Shown here piece by piece: positions 25,847-39,850 of a DNA stretch of 64,000 nt (positions are counted from its first letter, which is position 1; each line of letters starts with the position of its first letter). The translations under genes were made by a program, and so were the position numbers. The stretch spans positions 3,038,001 through 3,102,000 of the forward strand of contig JBHGNT010000011.1 in the NCBI GenBank assembly GCA_043228905.1, written 5' to 3'. Under the pieces are notes generated by a model that searched no databases, was not told the DNA's origin, and was given only the letters and a program-made list of their open reading frames with translations. This DNA is from Azolla caroliniana. Taxonomy: Eukaryota; Plantae; Polypodiophyta.

Positions 25847-26409
25847 GTACTAATGCACTAAGTGGTCCTTATTAGTTCCAATTTGAGGACAAGGAGATTT
25901 GATCCTACCAAGGGTGTACCTATTGTCAGTAAAGCAACATCATTGCAACCATGGAAACTTATGGCATCCCATTCCACCCTAGAAGGTGGTGTGTTATAGC
26001 TAGCTATCAAGCTCTAGTTGTTGTTCTATTAGGAATTGGATAAACATTGCTGATGTACAAATTATCCTTGTCAGTTCTAAACTGAGGAAGGAGAAAGTCA
26101 ACAATCATACAAAGGGCACCTAATGTCCTTAAAGCAACACCATCATGATGATGTAGGAAGAGATATCAACGAAGCATGAAAGTGCATATGTTGAGCAACA
26201 TCAAAGAACAAAAATGACTTATAAATTTTGGAACATTCCCACCTTTATAGGGAAAGCTTAGAAAAGCACAAGCCTTTCCATGTCTAGGTTCGCAAAGTAG
26301 TTGTGTGTTGGCTCAAGGTATTGCAGGAAGAAACCTATGAAAGGTATGTTCATGACCATATAGTCTAGAGTAGCAAACGAAAATTCATATTCACCTACTC
26401 TCCTTTGTC

Positions 26410-27356
26410 TCGTTCAAAGTTGACTTCACCGTGGCATCCTCTTCGGTCTGAACAAGAAGTCAAGCATAGTCGGTTACACCGACTTGGACTTTGTTGGCTA
26501 TGTGGACAGTCAAAAGTCAACAACCTGATACTGATTCAAATTTGGCAATGGAGAGATTTCGTGGAAGTCGAAACTTCAGGAGTGCACAACCACTTCAACG
26601 ACTGAGGCTGAATATGTACTCGCGTCTGACGTAGCAAAAGAGGCTATATGGCTTGGTCGATTGGCATGTACGTTTCGACAAGCCAACTCCAATTCAGCTC
26701 TAGTTGTTTACAATGATAGTCAGGGTGTTGTTACTTTGTCAAAGAATCTAGTTCATCATAACACCTCCAAGCATATCGATGTTCGGTATCACTTTGTTTG
26801 GGACTGTGTAACTTCAGGGAAGCTCGGCCTCGAGGTGATCTCCACAACCGACAACATATTAGAGAGGATGACCAAGTGTCTCGCAGTTGATCAATTTCGG
26901 ACACTTCAACACCATATGGGTTTAAGGAGTATTCAGTCTAATCAAGTCGGACAATAGAGATAGCTTCGAGCACTCGGCCTTGACAACTGAACCAGCTTCT
27001 GCACCTGAACCAACCGATTCAGCCTTTGTATCCTCTCGGTCATCATTGACTCAGCTACAAGACAATCTATCATAGCATCTCTTTGTATAACTTGTATCTT
27101 CTATTTTATATTACAAGTCTCTCCTTAGCGTATACACCCATTACGGGGGAGTGTTGAATACGAGTGTTTAATGGTCGTATTTACACTATCCCTGGACCCT
27201 TGGACAGACTAGGTTTAGGACAATTCTGTAAATATGTCAAAGGGCAGTTTCCCCAGCCCAGTTAGTATATAACAGGCTTTGTAACCTAGTTCATAAGGTT
27301 GTTGCCTCCATTCTATTGTAACTCTGAGTTCGAATAATACAGTTACATATCGTGTG

Positions 27357-27441
<85 letters not shown>

Positions 27442-27535
27442 CTGTCTCCTTGATCTTGCTTTACTATACTTACTTGGTGTTGTTCATAAGAAGGTGTTGT
27501 TCATGTTTCCGCACCAACGGTCTCAGACTCCAACA
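26410..27535 (+). mobile_element. Copia family F 3' end: RNase H, PPT and 3' LTR 27152-27535
   Basis: ISWKSKLQ..TTTSTTEAEY...SKHIDVRYHFV; PPT GGGGGAG; the LTR is the reverse complement of 25527-25846. Confidence 0.85.
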
Positions 27536-28224
27536 AGTACAATATTTTTTCAATTCCTATTGGAGCAATAACTAGAGCTACATAGATGGCTACATCTTAT
27601 CTCCTTCTAACAAGTCTTTAATCTACATACAAAAAGAGATTCTTTGTTAAACAAAATAATATGGCTCACTATACATGATTATGCTAAACTCCCTTCGTAT
27701 TCCTTAATGGTCAAAATTTAGCTAACTTATGATTGTATACCGAATACGTTTATATGCATGCTTGACCCTATCCCTTAGGTGAGGGAATAGACATTTAATG
27801 CTTTCAAATGTTGACAAAGTGATTATCGTTGTCTGCGCTTATTATAAAAGGGTGAGGAAGAATGTCAAAGAGAGGGCTCTCTTGATTTTCTATATGCTTG
27901 TAAATGGGTTGATGGCTTTGCAACTGCAATTGTAACCATTTATAGAAATTAACAATTTTAACATTGATGAGGAGGAGAAGACTAGGATGTTCATTATTTA
28001 CACTAATTATGTGGAGGCAAACAAGTTATATTCATGTAATCTTATTCTACAATAGAAATCCCTCTATAATATCTATCGACATGCATTACTAAGTTAAATT
28101 ATAGAAAAGAAAAACACAATATCGGTGCGTCACAATAAATTATTAAGTTAAATTGTTACAAATTGTAGGGAAAGTTAACAACATTTATTTATATACCAAA
28201 ATTTATACTTGCCTTTAAGAATTT

Positions 28225-31200
28225 ATCCTACGGCCTCACCCCTCACTTTTTCACATGCCTTTGGGACACTATTAAAGAAGACCTCCTCCAGGCATATGAG
28301 GAGATCATCACGTCTGGAAACATGCCGGAGGAATTTGGACAAGGGATGATACATCTCATTCCTAAAAGTGGTGGTAGTGCCAACGACATTAGCAAGTGGC
28401 GGCCCATAACTCTTCTCAATACTGTCTATAAGTTGCTCGCAAAAATTGTGGCACGCCAGTTAACACCTCTTCTCCCTCAACTCATTCATCCATCCCATAT
28501 AGGTTTCGTTAGAAATCGGAGCATCCTAGACAACTTCTTCTCATTCTGGGAAGCAATAGCCCTTGCCAAGCGTACCAACAACAAGGTAGCGGTGGTGCTA
28601 CTAGATTTTGAGAAAGCATATGACATGGTTTGCTGGAACTTTCTTGAAAGTGTGATGGGGAAACTCGGCTTTCAAGAGACATGGATCAAAGGCATTGCAG
28701 GACTTTATAGGAAAGGCAGCAGTTGCGTTTCACTAGCAGGTGAAAGGGGCCCCTTTCTCCGAATATCCTGATCTGTACGATAGGGATGCCCACTAGCTCC
28801 ATCCTTATTTCTATTATACGCCGAAGCACTCTCTTGCTTTCTCAACTCGTGGCATCTCAACCTACGTGGTCTTCCTGTGCCTCATTCTCATCAAAGCATC
28901 CTGGATATAGAATTTGCAGATTACACCGCGGTCTACCTGCAAGGGGACTTGGAAAACCTAAAAAAGCTCGAAAGTGGGTTAGCCGTATTTTGCAAGAGAT
29001 CCAATGGCATGATCAATTGGCACAAATCATGTGCAACATGGCTTTCTCATGAAACACATCTTGTGTGGCACCCACATCCTGCTTTCAAATGGATCAATCA
29101 AGGAGCGAGCACCAAATATTTGGGTTTCCAAAATTGGTTTCAACATACCGCCGGAGACTATGATTGCACCCGTTATCCATTCCATTTGACAAAAGTTGAT
29201 ATTGGAGTTCGATAAAATTGTCGTTAGCAGGTCGCATCATAGTGGCAAACCAGGTACTACTCGCAACAACATGGTACAGTCTATCATGTTGGACAATCTC
29301 CCAAGGACAGTATACATTCAAATTCAACAACTAGTACATGTTGAGTTACAAGCTCAACATTGGTCAGATCGGTGCGTAAACCGGTGCGCAACAAGAGGTT
29401 GGATCGGTGTGGAAACCAGGAGGCTGTTGAACAGATATTCCGCGAGGGAATATATTTGGGAGTTAGTGTAGGAGCTCAGTTATGAGCATTGAGTATGTGT
29501 CAGTACTTCTGTCAGTCCGTATGGACTTGTATAAAAGTGCTCCCTGAGCACATCCTATGTACAGAGTTTTACACATTATTATGAATTTAGTTTTCTATGT
29601 GTTCATTCCGTCTCTGTCTCTCCCGCGTACATTGTGTCTTAAGCTCTCCATTAAACCTGTTTTTCTCTGTCGGTATTCTGTGTTTCGTATAGCTTCCGCA
29701 CGTTACATTTCACATGGTATCAGAGCGCAAGGGTTGAGAACCTCTGCAGCCGACTTCAGCTCGAAACAACAAAAAAAACCTAATCTCGGTGAAGAACGAA
29801 AAGTAAAAAAAATGGATAGAGGTATGGCTAGTTCGCTTCCAACTAAGAAGCTCGACAGAAGTAACTATGCATCTTGGTCATACAAGATGCACCAGTACCT
29901 GCTCGGACATGGATACTTGAGCTATGTCGATGGAGCGAATGATGCAGCACCCGAATCGACACACAGAGACTTCCGGGCCTAGGAACAGTCGGCAACAGAG
30001 TTCTCTACTACTTCGCGTCCTGTGTGAGCGAACAGATCTTGAGCTACATTCAGATGCAAGAACGCCAAAGGATGCTTGGGGAAATCTGAAAAGGATTTTC
30101 GCCGCAAGCACCACAGCCAGGAAACTCCAACTCCGATAAGAGTTGAGCAATGTGCGTCAACGCGACATGACGGTGGCTGACTACACCTCCAAGATAAAGG
30201 ATATCTGCGATTCCCTCGCCTCCATCGATGTGAACGTTGAGGAGGGCGAAATGGTGCAGATCTGCCTCAGAGGATTGGCGTTGAAGTTCAGAGCATTCCG
30301 AACTGTTATTTGTACAAGGGAGAATACGTCGTCGTTTTTGGACTTGCAGTCGATGCTCCTTGTAGAGGAGAATCACATGGGTGCATCGATGAGTAGCCGA
30401 CAACAAGATGTTGTACACTGAGGGAGATAGACCCCGTGGTCGTGGTGGACAAGGTGAATCGGCGCGCAATGGAGGCGGCCGATGGGTGCAAGGAAGAAGG
30501 CATCGTAGTGATGTTGACTACAATTCCGGACCCTCCGGAAACAGGGGGAGTCGACGAGGCGACGAGAACTGGCAAGGGAAACACGCCGCGGAATTCTGGT
30601 ATTGTGGCAAGAAAGGCCACAAGGAGAGCGAGTGTTGGAAGAAGAGCGCCGATTCGGAGAAAACCGGATCCGATCCGAACCGACCGAACAAGGAAATCGG
30701 CAACGGATGCACTATGCCGAAGGATCCGAAAAAGTTGGAAAGGGGGCAACCTTCGTGACAAGACACGAAGCGAACTCGATGAAGAAGACCACCCCGAAAT
30801 CGGACAAAGTTTGGTAAGTTGACTCCGGAGTGTCAAACTATATGACGAACCATAAAGAGTGGTTCTCATATCTAGAAAAACCGGAACAACCGGGAGTAAC
30901 CACAACAGGAGACGACACTCCACATCCGATCGTACATGTCGGTGAAGTTCCCCTCGAGCCACGTCGGGCAAAAAGGGAAGCTAATGAATGTGTTACATGT
31001 CCCGACAATTACAGAAAATTTGGTGTCAGTCGGACAGATCGTCGACCAAGGGATGCAAGTCCAGTTCACACATCTCAAGTGCTTCATTGAGGAAGAAGGC
31101 CAAGTTATTGCACAAGGGCGCAGACATGGGAGGATGTTCATCCTCGACACCAATGACGTAGGCACCATCATGTTCGCGAAAGGGCAAAAAGTTGAGTCGG

Positions 31201-34200
31201 ATATTGACTTGTGGCATAAGCGGATATTGACCGTCAACTACCAAAGGCTTCAGGACCTGCAATCGAAACAAGTTGTGTTCAGATTGCTGAAATTTAGTGG
31301 TCAAAAGGCCCAAATTTATGAAGCCTACCAGCTAGGGAAGCAACACCGACTTCCTTTCCCAAACGAGTGTAATCGGAGCCGAAATAAGCTTGACTTGATT
31401 CATTCAGATGTATGGGGACCGGCACAGAACATGAGTCTTGGCGGGAGTCGATATTTCGTTTCCTTCATCGACGACTACACCCGGCACACATGGATCTACC
31501 TCATTGAAAAGAAGAGTGAAGTCTTCGACTGTTTCCGGAACCTCAAAAATCTTGCCGAAAGGGAAACAGGGAGGAAGATCAAGTGCCTGCGGTCGGATGG
31601 CGGAAAAGAGTACTTTTCCGGCCAATTCAACCGTAATCTACAACAAATGGGAATTCGGTGCGAATTCAGTTGCAGGTATACGCCGAAGCAAAACGGCATA
31701 GCCAAAAGGAAGAATCGGTCGATTGTGGAAGCGGCGCGGGCAATGCTGGAAGAAAAGAGCATGCCCAAGTTCTATTGGGCCGAAGCGGTCCGAACCACGG
31801 TCTACATCCAGAATCGGATCGGAAAAAAAGTGTTGGCACATGAGTTGTATTTCGGAAGGAAGCCGAATCTACGACACTTGAGGGTTTTCGGTAGCATCGT
31901 GTATGTGCATGTGCCAAAGGAGAAGCAGAGGAAGCTTGACGCAAAAGCCAAGAAGTGTATCTTGGTTGGCTATTCGGACAAACAAAAGGGTTATAAGTGT
32001 TATAACCCCCGAACCAAACAAGCTCACGTAAGTCGCAATGTCGTGTTCGACGAGTCTATGTCTTGGTACTTGACTCCGACTCCGGACCTCAGCTCCAATC
32101 CAAGTTCTGAAGATGAGGTCAGTGAGGCTGAGATGCCTCCTGATGAATGCGAAGTCGGAACTCTTGAAGAGAGTCCGATCTCATTTCGACTAAGTGGACC
32201 GAATGAGCGACTGAGTTGGTTTAACCAGTCAGATGAAGAGCCGGCGAGTAGTGGAGACTCAGTCGTGCATTCCCCACGTAGGGAGCCGAAGAGACGGCTT
32301 ACGCGCAAAGAAAAGGGAAGTAAGAAGATGTCGATGTATAGCACGGATAGGGACGAGTCGGATCGACACGAATCCAACTCCGAGAAGAGCGATGATGGGC
32401 CTTCAAGAGCAAAGCCCGCGTCGGCCAGAATGGCCTCAACATCGGCTAATGAGCAATTACGCCAATCTACCCGCAAGAAGAACCCTGTTGTACGGTTCGG
32501 ATACAACGAGTACATGGCGCATCACTATGCATACATGACAAGCGTAGCGGAAGTGCGTGAGCCGGAGAGCTACGCAGAAGCGGCAAAGGACGCGAATTGG
32601 CGTGCCGCCATGGAGGAAGAGATGAACACACTTGCGGAGAATGAAACCTGGGACCTGGTTGACGCCCCCAAGGGTGTAAAGTCAGTTGGATGCAGGTGGG
32701 TGTACAAGGTCAAGTACAACACCGACGGCTCGGTCAACCGATACAAGGCCCGGTTAGTAGCAAAAGGCTACGTGCAGCAACACGGCATCAATTACGATGA
32801 GACGTTTGCGTCGGTCGTGAAGATGACGACCGTCCGTGTTTTGCTTGTGGTAGCTCCGGCGAAGGGGTGGCACTTACATCAGATGGATGTAAAGAATGCG
32901 TTCCTACAAGGCGAGCTTGAGGAAGAAGTGTACATGGTACAGGCCCCCGGATTTCACTCCGAAACGAACACTTTGGCGGTATGCCGGTTGAAGAAGTCCC
33001 TTTACGGACTAAAGCAAGCCCCGCATGCCTGGAACACGAGGATCACGCATCAATTGCGTCAGATGGGATTTGCGACGTCCAAATCGGACTCTTCATTGTT
33101 CGTCCGGCAAGGTCGACTTGGGCCGGTTAGTATTTTACTTTATGTTGATGACTTGGTCATCGTCGGCGTCGAGCTAGATGAAATTGACTGTGTAAAGCTC
33201 TAGCTTGCGGCATCATTTGATATGAAGGACATGGGGGACCTTCATTACTTTCTTGGGATCAAAGTGATCCGAACCCCCGAAAGCATACTGATCAGCCAAC
33301 GGCATTACGTGCTAAGTATGCTTTTCAAGTTTGGGATGGCGGATTGTAAGTCCATCTCAACTCCTCTCGACAGAACCATGAAGCTTCGCCCCGACTCCGG
33401 AAAGGTCTGTGACCCAAAAAGGTTCTGACAGATTGTCAGAAGCCTCATATACTTGACTATCACCCGAATGGACCTTAGTTACCCGGTCGGCTTGATTAGT
33501 TAGTTCATGGTGCGGCCAACCGAGGAGCACCTTCAGTGCGTGCAACGCGTACTCAGGTACGTCAATGGCACTAAGGACCGAGGGCTACTATATCGGACCG
33601 GTACTGTCGCGCAGCTAGTCAGCTATACGGATACCGACTGGGCCGAAAACGCCGGCGATCGCGGATACACATCCGGATTCGCATTCTCCCTTGGGAGTGT
33701 CGCGATCGCGTGGAGTAGCAAGAAGCAACTGACAGTTGCACTGTCAAGCACGGAGGTTGAGTATCGAGGAGCAACTGTTGCAACATGCGAAGCCATATGG
33801 CTGAAGTGACTACTTAAGGATCTGCAGGTGGAGGTGTCCGATCCGACGACGATCTACTACGACAACCTCAACAGCATCCAACTTGCAAAGAACCCCGTCT
33901 TCCACGCCCGGACTAAGCACATTGAGGTGCACTACCTCTTTGTCCACGAGCGTGTCCTCTCTGGTGAAGTTGAACTTAAGTATGTTTCAACGGATCAGCA
34001 ACACACCGACATTTTCACCAAGCCTCTTGGTCTGGACAAGTTGCGGCAATTCTCGGGTGCGCTTCGTTTGCGGCACCTCGACATGCTGAACTTGAGGGGG
34101 AGAAAAGTCTCGCAAGACCACGGAAAGGAGTAGGAAAGGAGCGGAAGTGACCGCGACACCAAATCGGATGACGAATTCGATTTAGTGTCAGCTGAAGAAG

Positions 34201-36790
34201 TCGAAGGCGGATCCGCGGAAGAGTCCGGAAGCGGACAAGAGGGCAACAGCCGAAAGAAAGAGTCGGAGCCAGCCAAACATGGGGGAGATGAAGCCAACAA
34301 GGGCGAGAAGGCCAAAATTGAGGACGAATTGGAGACAGCCAATTCGAACAAAAGCGGAGACGAATCAGAGACAGCCAATTCAGCTCGGATGTTTGATTCG
34401 GAGACACCAAATCAATTGAAGACCAAGCAAGGGAAAGGGAAGCAGAAGAGGCGCCAACACCATGACAATAAGGGAGCTGGAAAAGGCCGCACGAGCAGAC
34501 AAGCCAACCGTAAGGGTCAAGGCGTGCAGAATCGAATGGGTCGAGGAGCGCAAGTGAGGCGTAAAGTCAAGAGAAACCGGAGTGTAGGACCGGAAGAGCC
34601 TCAAGTTGAGCTTGAGGGGGAGTGTTGAGTTACAAGCTCAACATTGGCCGGATCGGTGCGTAAACCGGTGCGTAAACCGGTGCGCAACAAGAGGCCGGAT
34701 CGGTGCAGAAACCAGGAGGCCGTTGAACAGATATTCCACGAGGGAATATATTTGGGAGTTAGTGTAGGAGCTCAGATATGAGCATTGAAGTACGTGTCAA
34801 TACTTCTGTCAGTCCGTATGGACTTGTATAAAAGTGCTCCCTGAGCACATCCTATGCACAGAGTTTTACACATTATTTTGAATTTAGTTTTTTGTGTGTT
34901 CATTCCCTCTCTGTCTCTCCCGCGTACATTGTGTCTTAAGCTCTCCATTAAACCTATTTTTCTCTGTCGGTATTATGTGTTTCGTATAGCTTCCGCACGT
35001 TACATTTCACAGTACGCAACTACATTTGGTCTGGTAAGGAAGATCATGTAACTCACGCCAAGGTGGCATGGCCTATACTCACAGCACCTAAGTCGAGAGG
35101 GGGATTGGGTCTGGTTGATCCCCTCTCACAATCAAAAGCCTTACTTGCCAAATTTGTGGCGCGAGGACTCCAACCAGGAAATGACTGTTGGAAAATGCTA
35201 TTGCGGTTACGTTTCGTTTACTTTAGGCCACGAAAAGGGGTTAATTGGGCCCCCCAAATGGGATGGATTCTAAACATGGATCTCAAACCTAGTTTCTCCC
35301 GCCAATTGGAGGATAGATTCAGTGCATCCATGCGGAAGGCATGGTGTGACATTAGACAAGGGCTCAAGTGCGATCAACCGAGTTCCGAACCTGCCTAGCT
35401 CAGTCAACGTATCCTATGGAACCCATGTATCAAGGATGAATCTAATCAACTGCTTGGATCAAGTAAGGGGTTGTCATGGGGATACATTGCAGAAGGTCCG
35501 GGAAAAAGTATAGAATGTTGGAGACGGTTTATGTCACTACCACTACAAGATCACGCCAACATACTCCATAGCATCAGGGGCGGATGGATTATGAGATCGG
35601 AAACCAATAACGCTCTACTGATTAGGGAAGCCGCTACTCATAGGACGACAATGGAATAATGGATAGGCTACAAGGAGGAGGGATCTTTGATCCCGAGCGG
35701 TAGGGGATCACCAGGCAGGATCGAAGGCTCTGAATTGCGAGACACTAAGCCACCAACACAAAATAACGCACTTCGAGTACTCGCGTATACTGGTCATAAA
35801 TGGATTGTAGATCCTAATCTGATCAAAGTACAACTCGATTGGCACATATGTACTCATGAAAACACATGGCTATGTAAGGTTAGTTGGGACCCTTTGCAAT
35901 GGACATGGTGCGATCCTTACGCAAAGCAAGGAAGCAAACCCATCCCTTTCTTCTAATTCACAACTAGATTAGGTCGCCAATCCTAGCTGCTCAAACTGCC
36001 CGAGAGCCGACTGATGCAAAGGTCTAGCACACATATCAAGTTCCTTCACACAATTATCACCAAGTTTTGGCGGAAAATCTGGAAACAACAACATGCGAGG
36101 CAAATTACCACGTTCCAATGGCTATTAATACATAAGTCACTACCGGTGGGAGCATGGTAACATGGGAACCTTAGCTCTCCTAATTGTGTAGAGTGTCCAA
36201 ATGCAGTAGAATCAATACCACATGCTCTATGGGACTGCCCAGCGTACCATCGAATATGGCAGGGGGTTGGCCACTTGTTGCAATTATGCCAGGTGCAAGG
36301 CTCAATCAAGTGGGGAAATATATGTTGGCTATCATGGTAGACCCCAATTGGCAAATACGAGCATCAGGTGGAGGGGATGACTTTGGTGATAAAAGCACAG
36401 GAGGTTTTTTTCTCCACCATCGGCAATGTCCACTCAACTCCTCTTAATGACAAATCTCAAGTTGTGTTGGAATTGGTCAACCCAATAACTCTTTGGATTC
36501 TATGGAAACAATGGTGTAGACAAGTCTTCTCCAACCAAACCCGCGCATCCAACAATGTTAAATTGTAGCCACTCTAAAGAGCCAATATGATGGCCTCAAG
36601 GGCAGCTCCGATGGAGTTGAAAGAAAACGAATAGCCTTCATCCAACAATGGTCGTCCTCTCCCTTTCTTGAGTCAGTGAGCATCCACATAAGATAGAACT
36701 ATCGCGTCCCTACAGGGATTTGTACATAATCATCTCATTTGTAAAATTTTATAACTAATGGAAGGAGTTTTTTTTTGGAAAAAAATAATA
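28225..36790 (+). mobile_element. L1/Tx1-type LINE (RT, zf-RVT), 5'-truncated, split by Copia E at 29338/35012
   Basis: WRPITLLNTVYKLLAK...LDFEKAYD.V.W...GCPLAP.LF...EFADYT; the frame resumes after the insertion (QQLV|RNYIWSG...VAW..LTAPKSRGGLG); FWRKIW...C.EC...ESIPHALWDCP; A/TA-rich end near 36780. Confidence 0.85.
29339..35011 (+). mobile_element. Full-length decayed Ty1/Copia element (family E); LTRs 29339-29714 and 34623-35011
   Basis: Paired TG..CA LTRs; TSD GTACA/GTACG; PBS TGGTATCAGAGC 29715-29726; gag-PR-INT-RT-RH order (755-aa ORF 30936-33203); PPT TGAGGGGGAG before 34623. Confidence 0.97.
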
Positions 36791-39269
36791 TATATATATT
36801 CTTAACAACTTACAAGTGAAATGCCAAACCTATGTTTAATGTCATTAATGGATGCGTAAATGCATATTAGGAATGAAAGATATAAAGAGTGATTGTATAT
36901 TTGTATTTTATAGTAATTTCATTGTTATTCCTACATATTTGTAGAACGTATCCAAAGTTTCTTCACCTTACCAATTATGCATTGTCAATAGTAAGTAGCT
37001 TGTACTTGCTCATCTTGACAATGGTACATTTTCCAAACTTTTTACAAGTAAAATTATAACAAGTTCTATTAAAAAAAAACTACTTTGGGAGGATTGATGT
37101 ACCATTAGACATGAAAAAAAAAGACAAACATTTATGAACACATCTTATGAGACCAACTAGATTCTAGATGTACCCATCAAAGCCATGCATAGGACGTTTT
37201 CCCATTTGCCAAAAAAAACAGGTTTTTCCGAGCAATTACGCTAAATTCTATGTAACGCATGGAAACGACGGAAAAAAAGTACTTTTGTACCATGTTTTTG
37301 TGGTTGCAAACATTTAAGAGGTTTTTGTGTTTGTCATTATCTTACAATTGTACTAGATTGAATATACTGCACCTACATTGGACACCATGAAATTAATTCC
37401 ATCGTCAATATGTTGTGGCGCTAATGAACTTAGGAAAGATGAGATATTATTTCTTAACTGCCATTTTTATCGTCTTTTTTCTGTACAAATGGTATCAATT
37501 ATGAGTTAATAAACCAAACTGTTCTCTCTTGATGGCCATCTTCAAGAGTTGTAACTTATACATGGTAAACAAATAAAGTGAAAAAGGCTCATTGACTCTA
37601 TGATTCTTTGAAACATATGTGAATTGTTTCGACTTCAACAAGTTGTAAGACATCTTGATCCATGTTGAAAGTTTCTTATTTTGAAATGCTTATGCGTATT
37701 ATCCATCCCCCAAGCTCCTTAAAGAATGTCTTAGCTTCCTAGGTACATTGACTCGAAACTATAAACACAACTACTTATATTGGCATACTTGATTAATATG
37801 CCTAACGATGTTGCCATATTTTCAAAATATCTTATATGAATCATGTGCTAAGATGGATAATTTAAGTGGAATTCGCGTTGAGTTGTTACGTGTGGATTAA
37901 AGTTGGAGTGTCATTTCAACTACATTATTGGAACATGAACTTTTCCCTTGGATTCAACATGTATTGTGTGAATTATTCCTCTTCCACCACTAAGATGATT
38001 GTTTATGTATATAAGGATATTATTCGAGTTGATGTGCGCAAATTGAAACTTATTGGGTTTATACAACCATGAGAGTGTTCACACTAGAGAGATATTATGG
38101 AACTTTGAAAGACAAATGGCGTGATTCAAACTCTTTTGTCACATCATTAACATGATTACGCGGAAACCAAACCATGTCTTTATTTACTTTCCGAAACACA
38201 AGTAATACCAAAAGCGTCACTTCTCCCTTTACCTTGAAGCATTATTATATCCAAGAAGACTCGTCCAAAAAATAAAGCACATATTAAAGAAAATTCCTCA
38301 CGCGTCTCTAAAGTGCGGAAGCTACACAAACAATATATTTATCTCAACAATTCCAAGCCTTGCCCAATTAGTCACACATACATTAGTCGTCTCGTGACTC
38401 CTAACTCCTCCTACCTAAATAAAGTCAATAAAATAATATAATATAAAATAATGAGTTGAATCCAAGTTCCTTTACCATATTGACAATTGGACAGCAATAA
38501 TAATTGGAAATTGTTCATCGTATTCACATAAGTGCCACACTAACCATTACTATATGAGACACACGACATAATAGACAACTTGAGAGTGTAGGAAAGGGAT
38601 TCCTTAGAGTTAAGAGCACACGAAAAGGATTCTTTGAGTTAGAGTGCACGAAAGGGATTCTTGTTATCGTGCTTATTCTACAATATTGTAAACTTCCTAT
38701 TTTGTTTGTTAGTTCTTGTAGTTCATATTCACATTGCTTAAACATTGAGTAGCCATCACCTAAGGTATCTAACGTTGTTGTAGGATTCGTACGATTCAAT
38801 TAGCATGTCAAGTTTTAGGATTTTCTTGAGAGAAGAGGAAGTGATTGTTTTGTTCGACGACAATGAGAATTTTGGCCACAATAAACATCCGAAGTGTTCA
38901 TAAACTTGTTACACATCCTATAATGCTTTGCTTTTGTTGTCTTCACGCTATTCTCTACTTTATAACCAATGTTAATCTCCACAACAAATATTCAAAGTTG
39001 AAACTCAAGTCAATATTGCTTGGTCATTGGAACCATCAAGGATGAAAAAAAGTGCACAAATAGCAATTGTTTTGTTAACCTGCAACTCGGTGCTCTCATA
39101 GAACACCAAGAGAAACAAGATTGCTTCCATGTGCAAAACAAATTTTGTAGTCTCGATTTCTTAATCCCTAGGCCTCAAACCTTTTATTACAAAAAAGCAT
39201 TTCACATGGAGCAACTACAAAACAAGGAAACACAAAAACCAAAGCAAATGCACAAATCAACGTAATGAA

Positions 39270-39850
39270 GCCTCCACAACACAAGGTAAGCATAAAATAG
39301 TATCCAATTGCAAACACGTGCAGAACAATTGAGTAAAACAACTACATCATACGATCATCAAAGAGCCTATTACGACTTCATGAGATGAATAAATTTTTCA
39401 CATTTAGGCAAGTGTGTCGAATAGGGCTATGGGATGTGCCTTAAACCTCACCCCACATATATAGACGGCTTTTGCACAACAAAGGTAAGCATAACATGTT
39501 GTCCAATTGTAAATGCATGCAAAACCATGGACTAAAAAATTTACATCACAAAGAGCCTATTTCGACTTCACTAGATCAAGAAAACCCTCACTTCAAATAT
39601 GGCTATGGGATGTGCCTTTTTATAGATGAATGTACAATAAACCCCTTTTATGCTCCCCAACATATATGGACAAATAAGTCGAATATCGCCATGGGATGTG
39701 CCTTTTATACACGGATGTGCCTTAAACCCCCTTTTATGCTCACCCAATGTGTCGAATATGACTATGAGATGTTCCTTAAACCCTTTTTGTGTCAAATATG
39801 GCTTTGCAATGTGTGCCTCCAAACCCTTTTACAAGAGGACTTCCATACAT
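39270..39850. repeat. Degenerate local repeats (~200-bp duplication plus several GTCGAATATGGCTATGGGATGTGCCTT-like units)
   Basis: CACAAC..AAGGTAAGCATAA...AAAGAGCCTATT.CGACTTCA at about 39275 and 39475; a short motif recurs about five times. Confidence 0.65.

Noticed and set aside
37700-38950. Possible decayed DNA-transposon coding remnants
   Set aside because: No motif confidently recognised.
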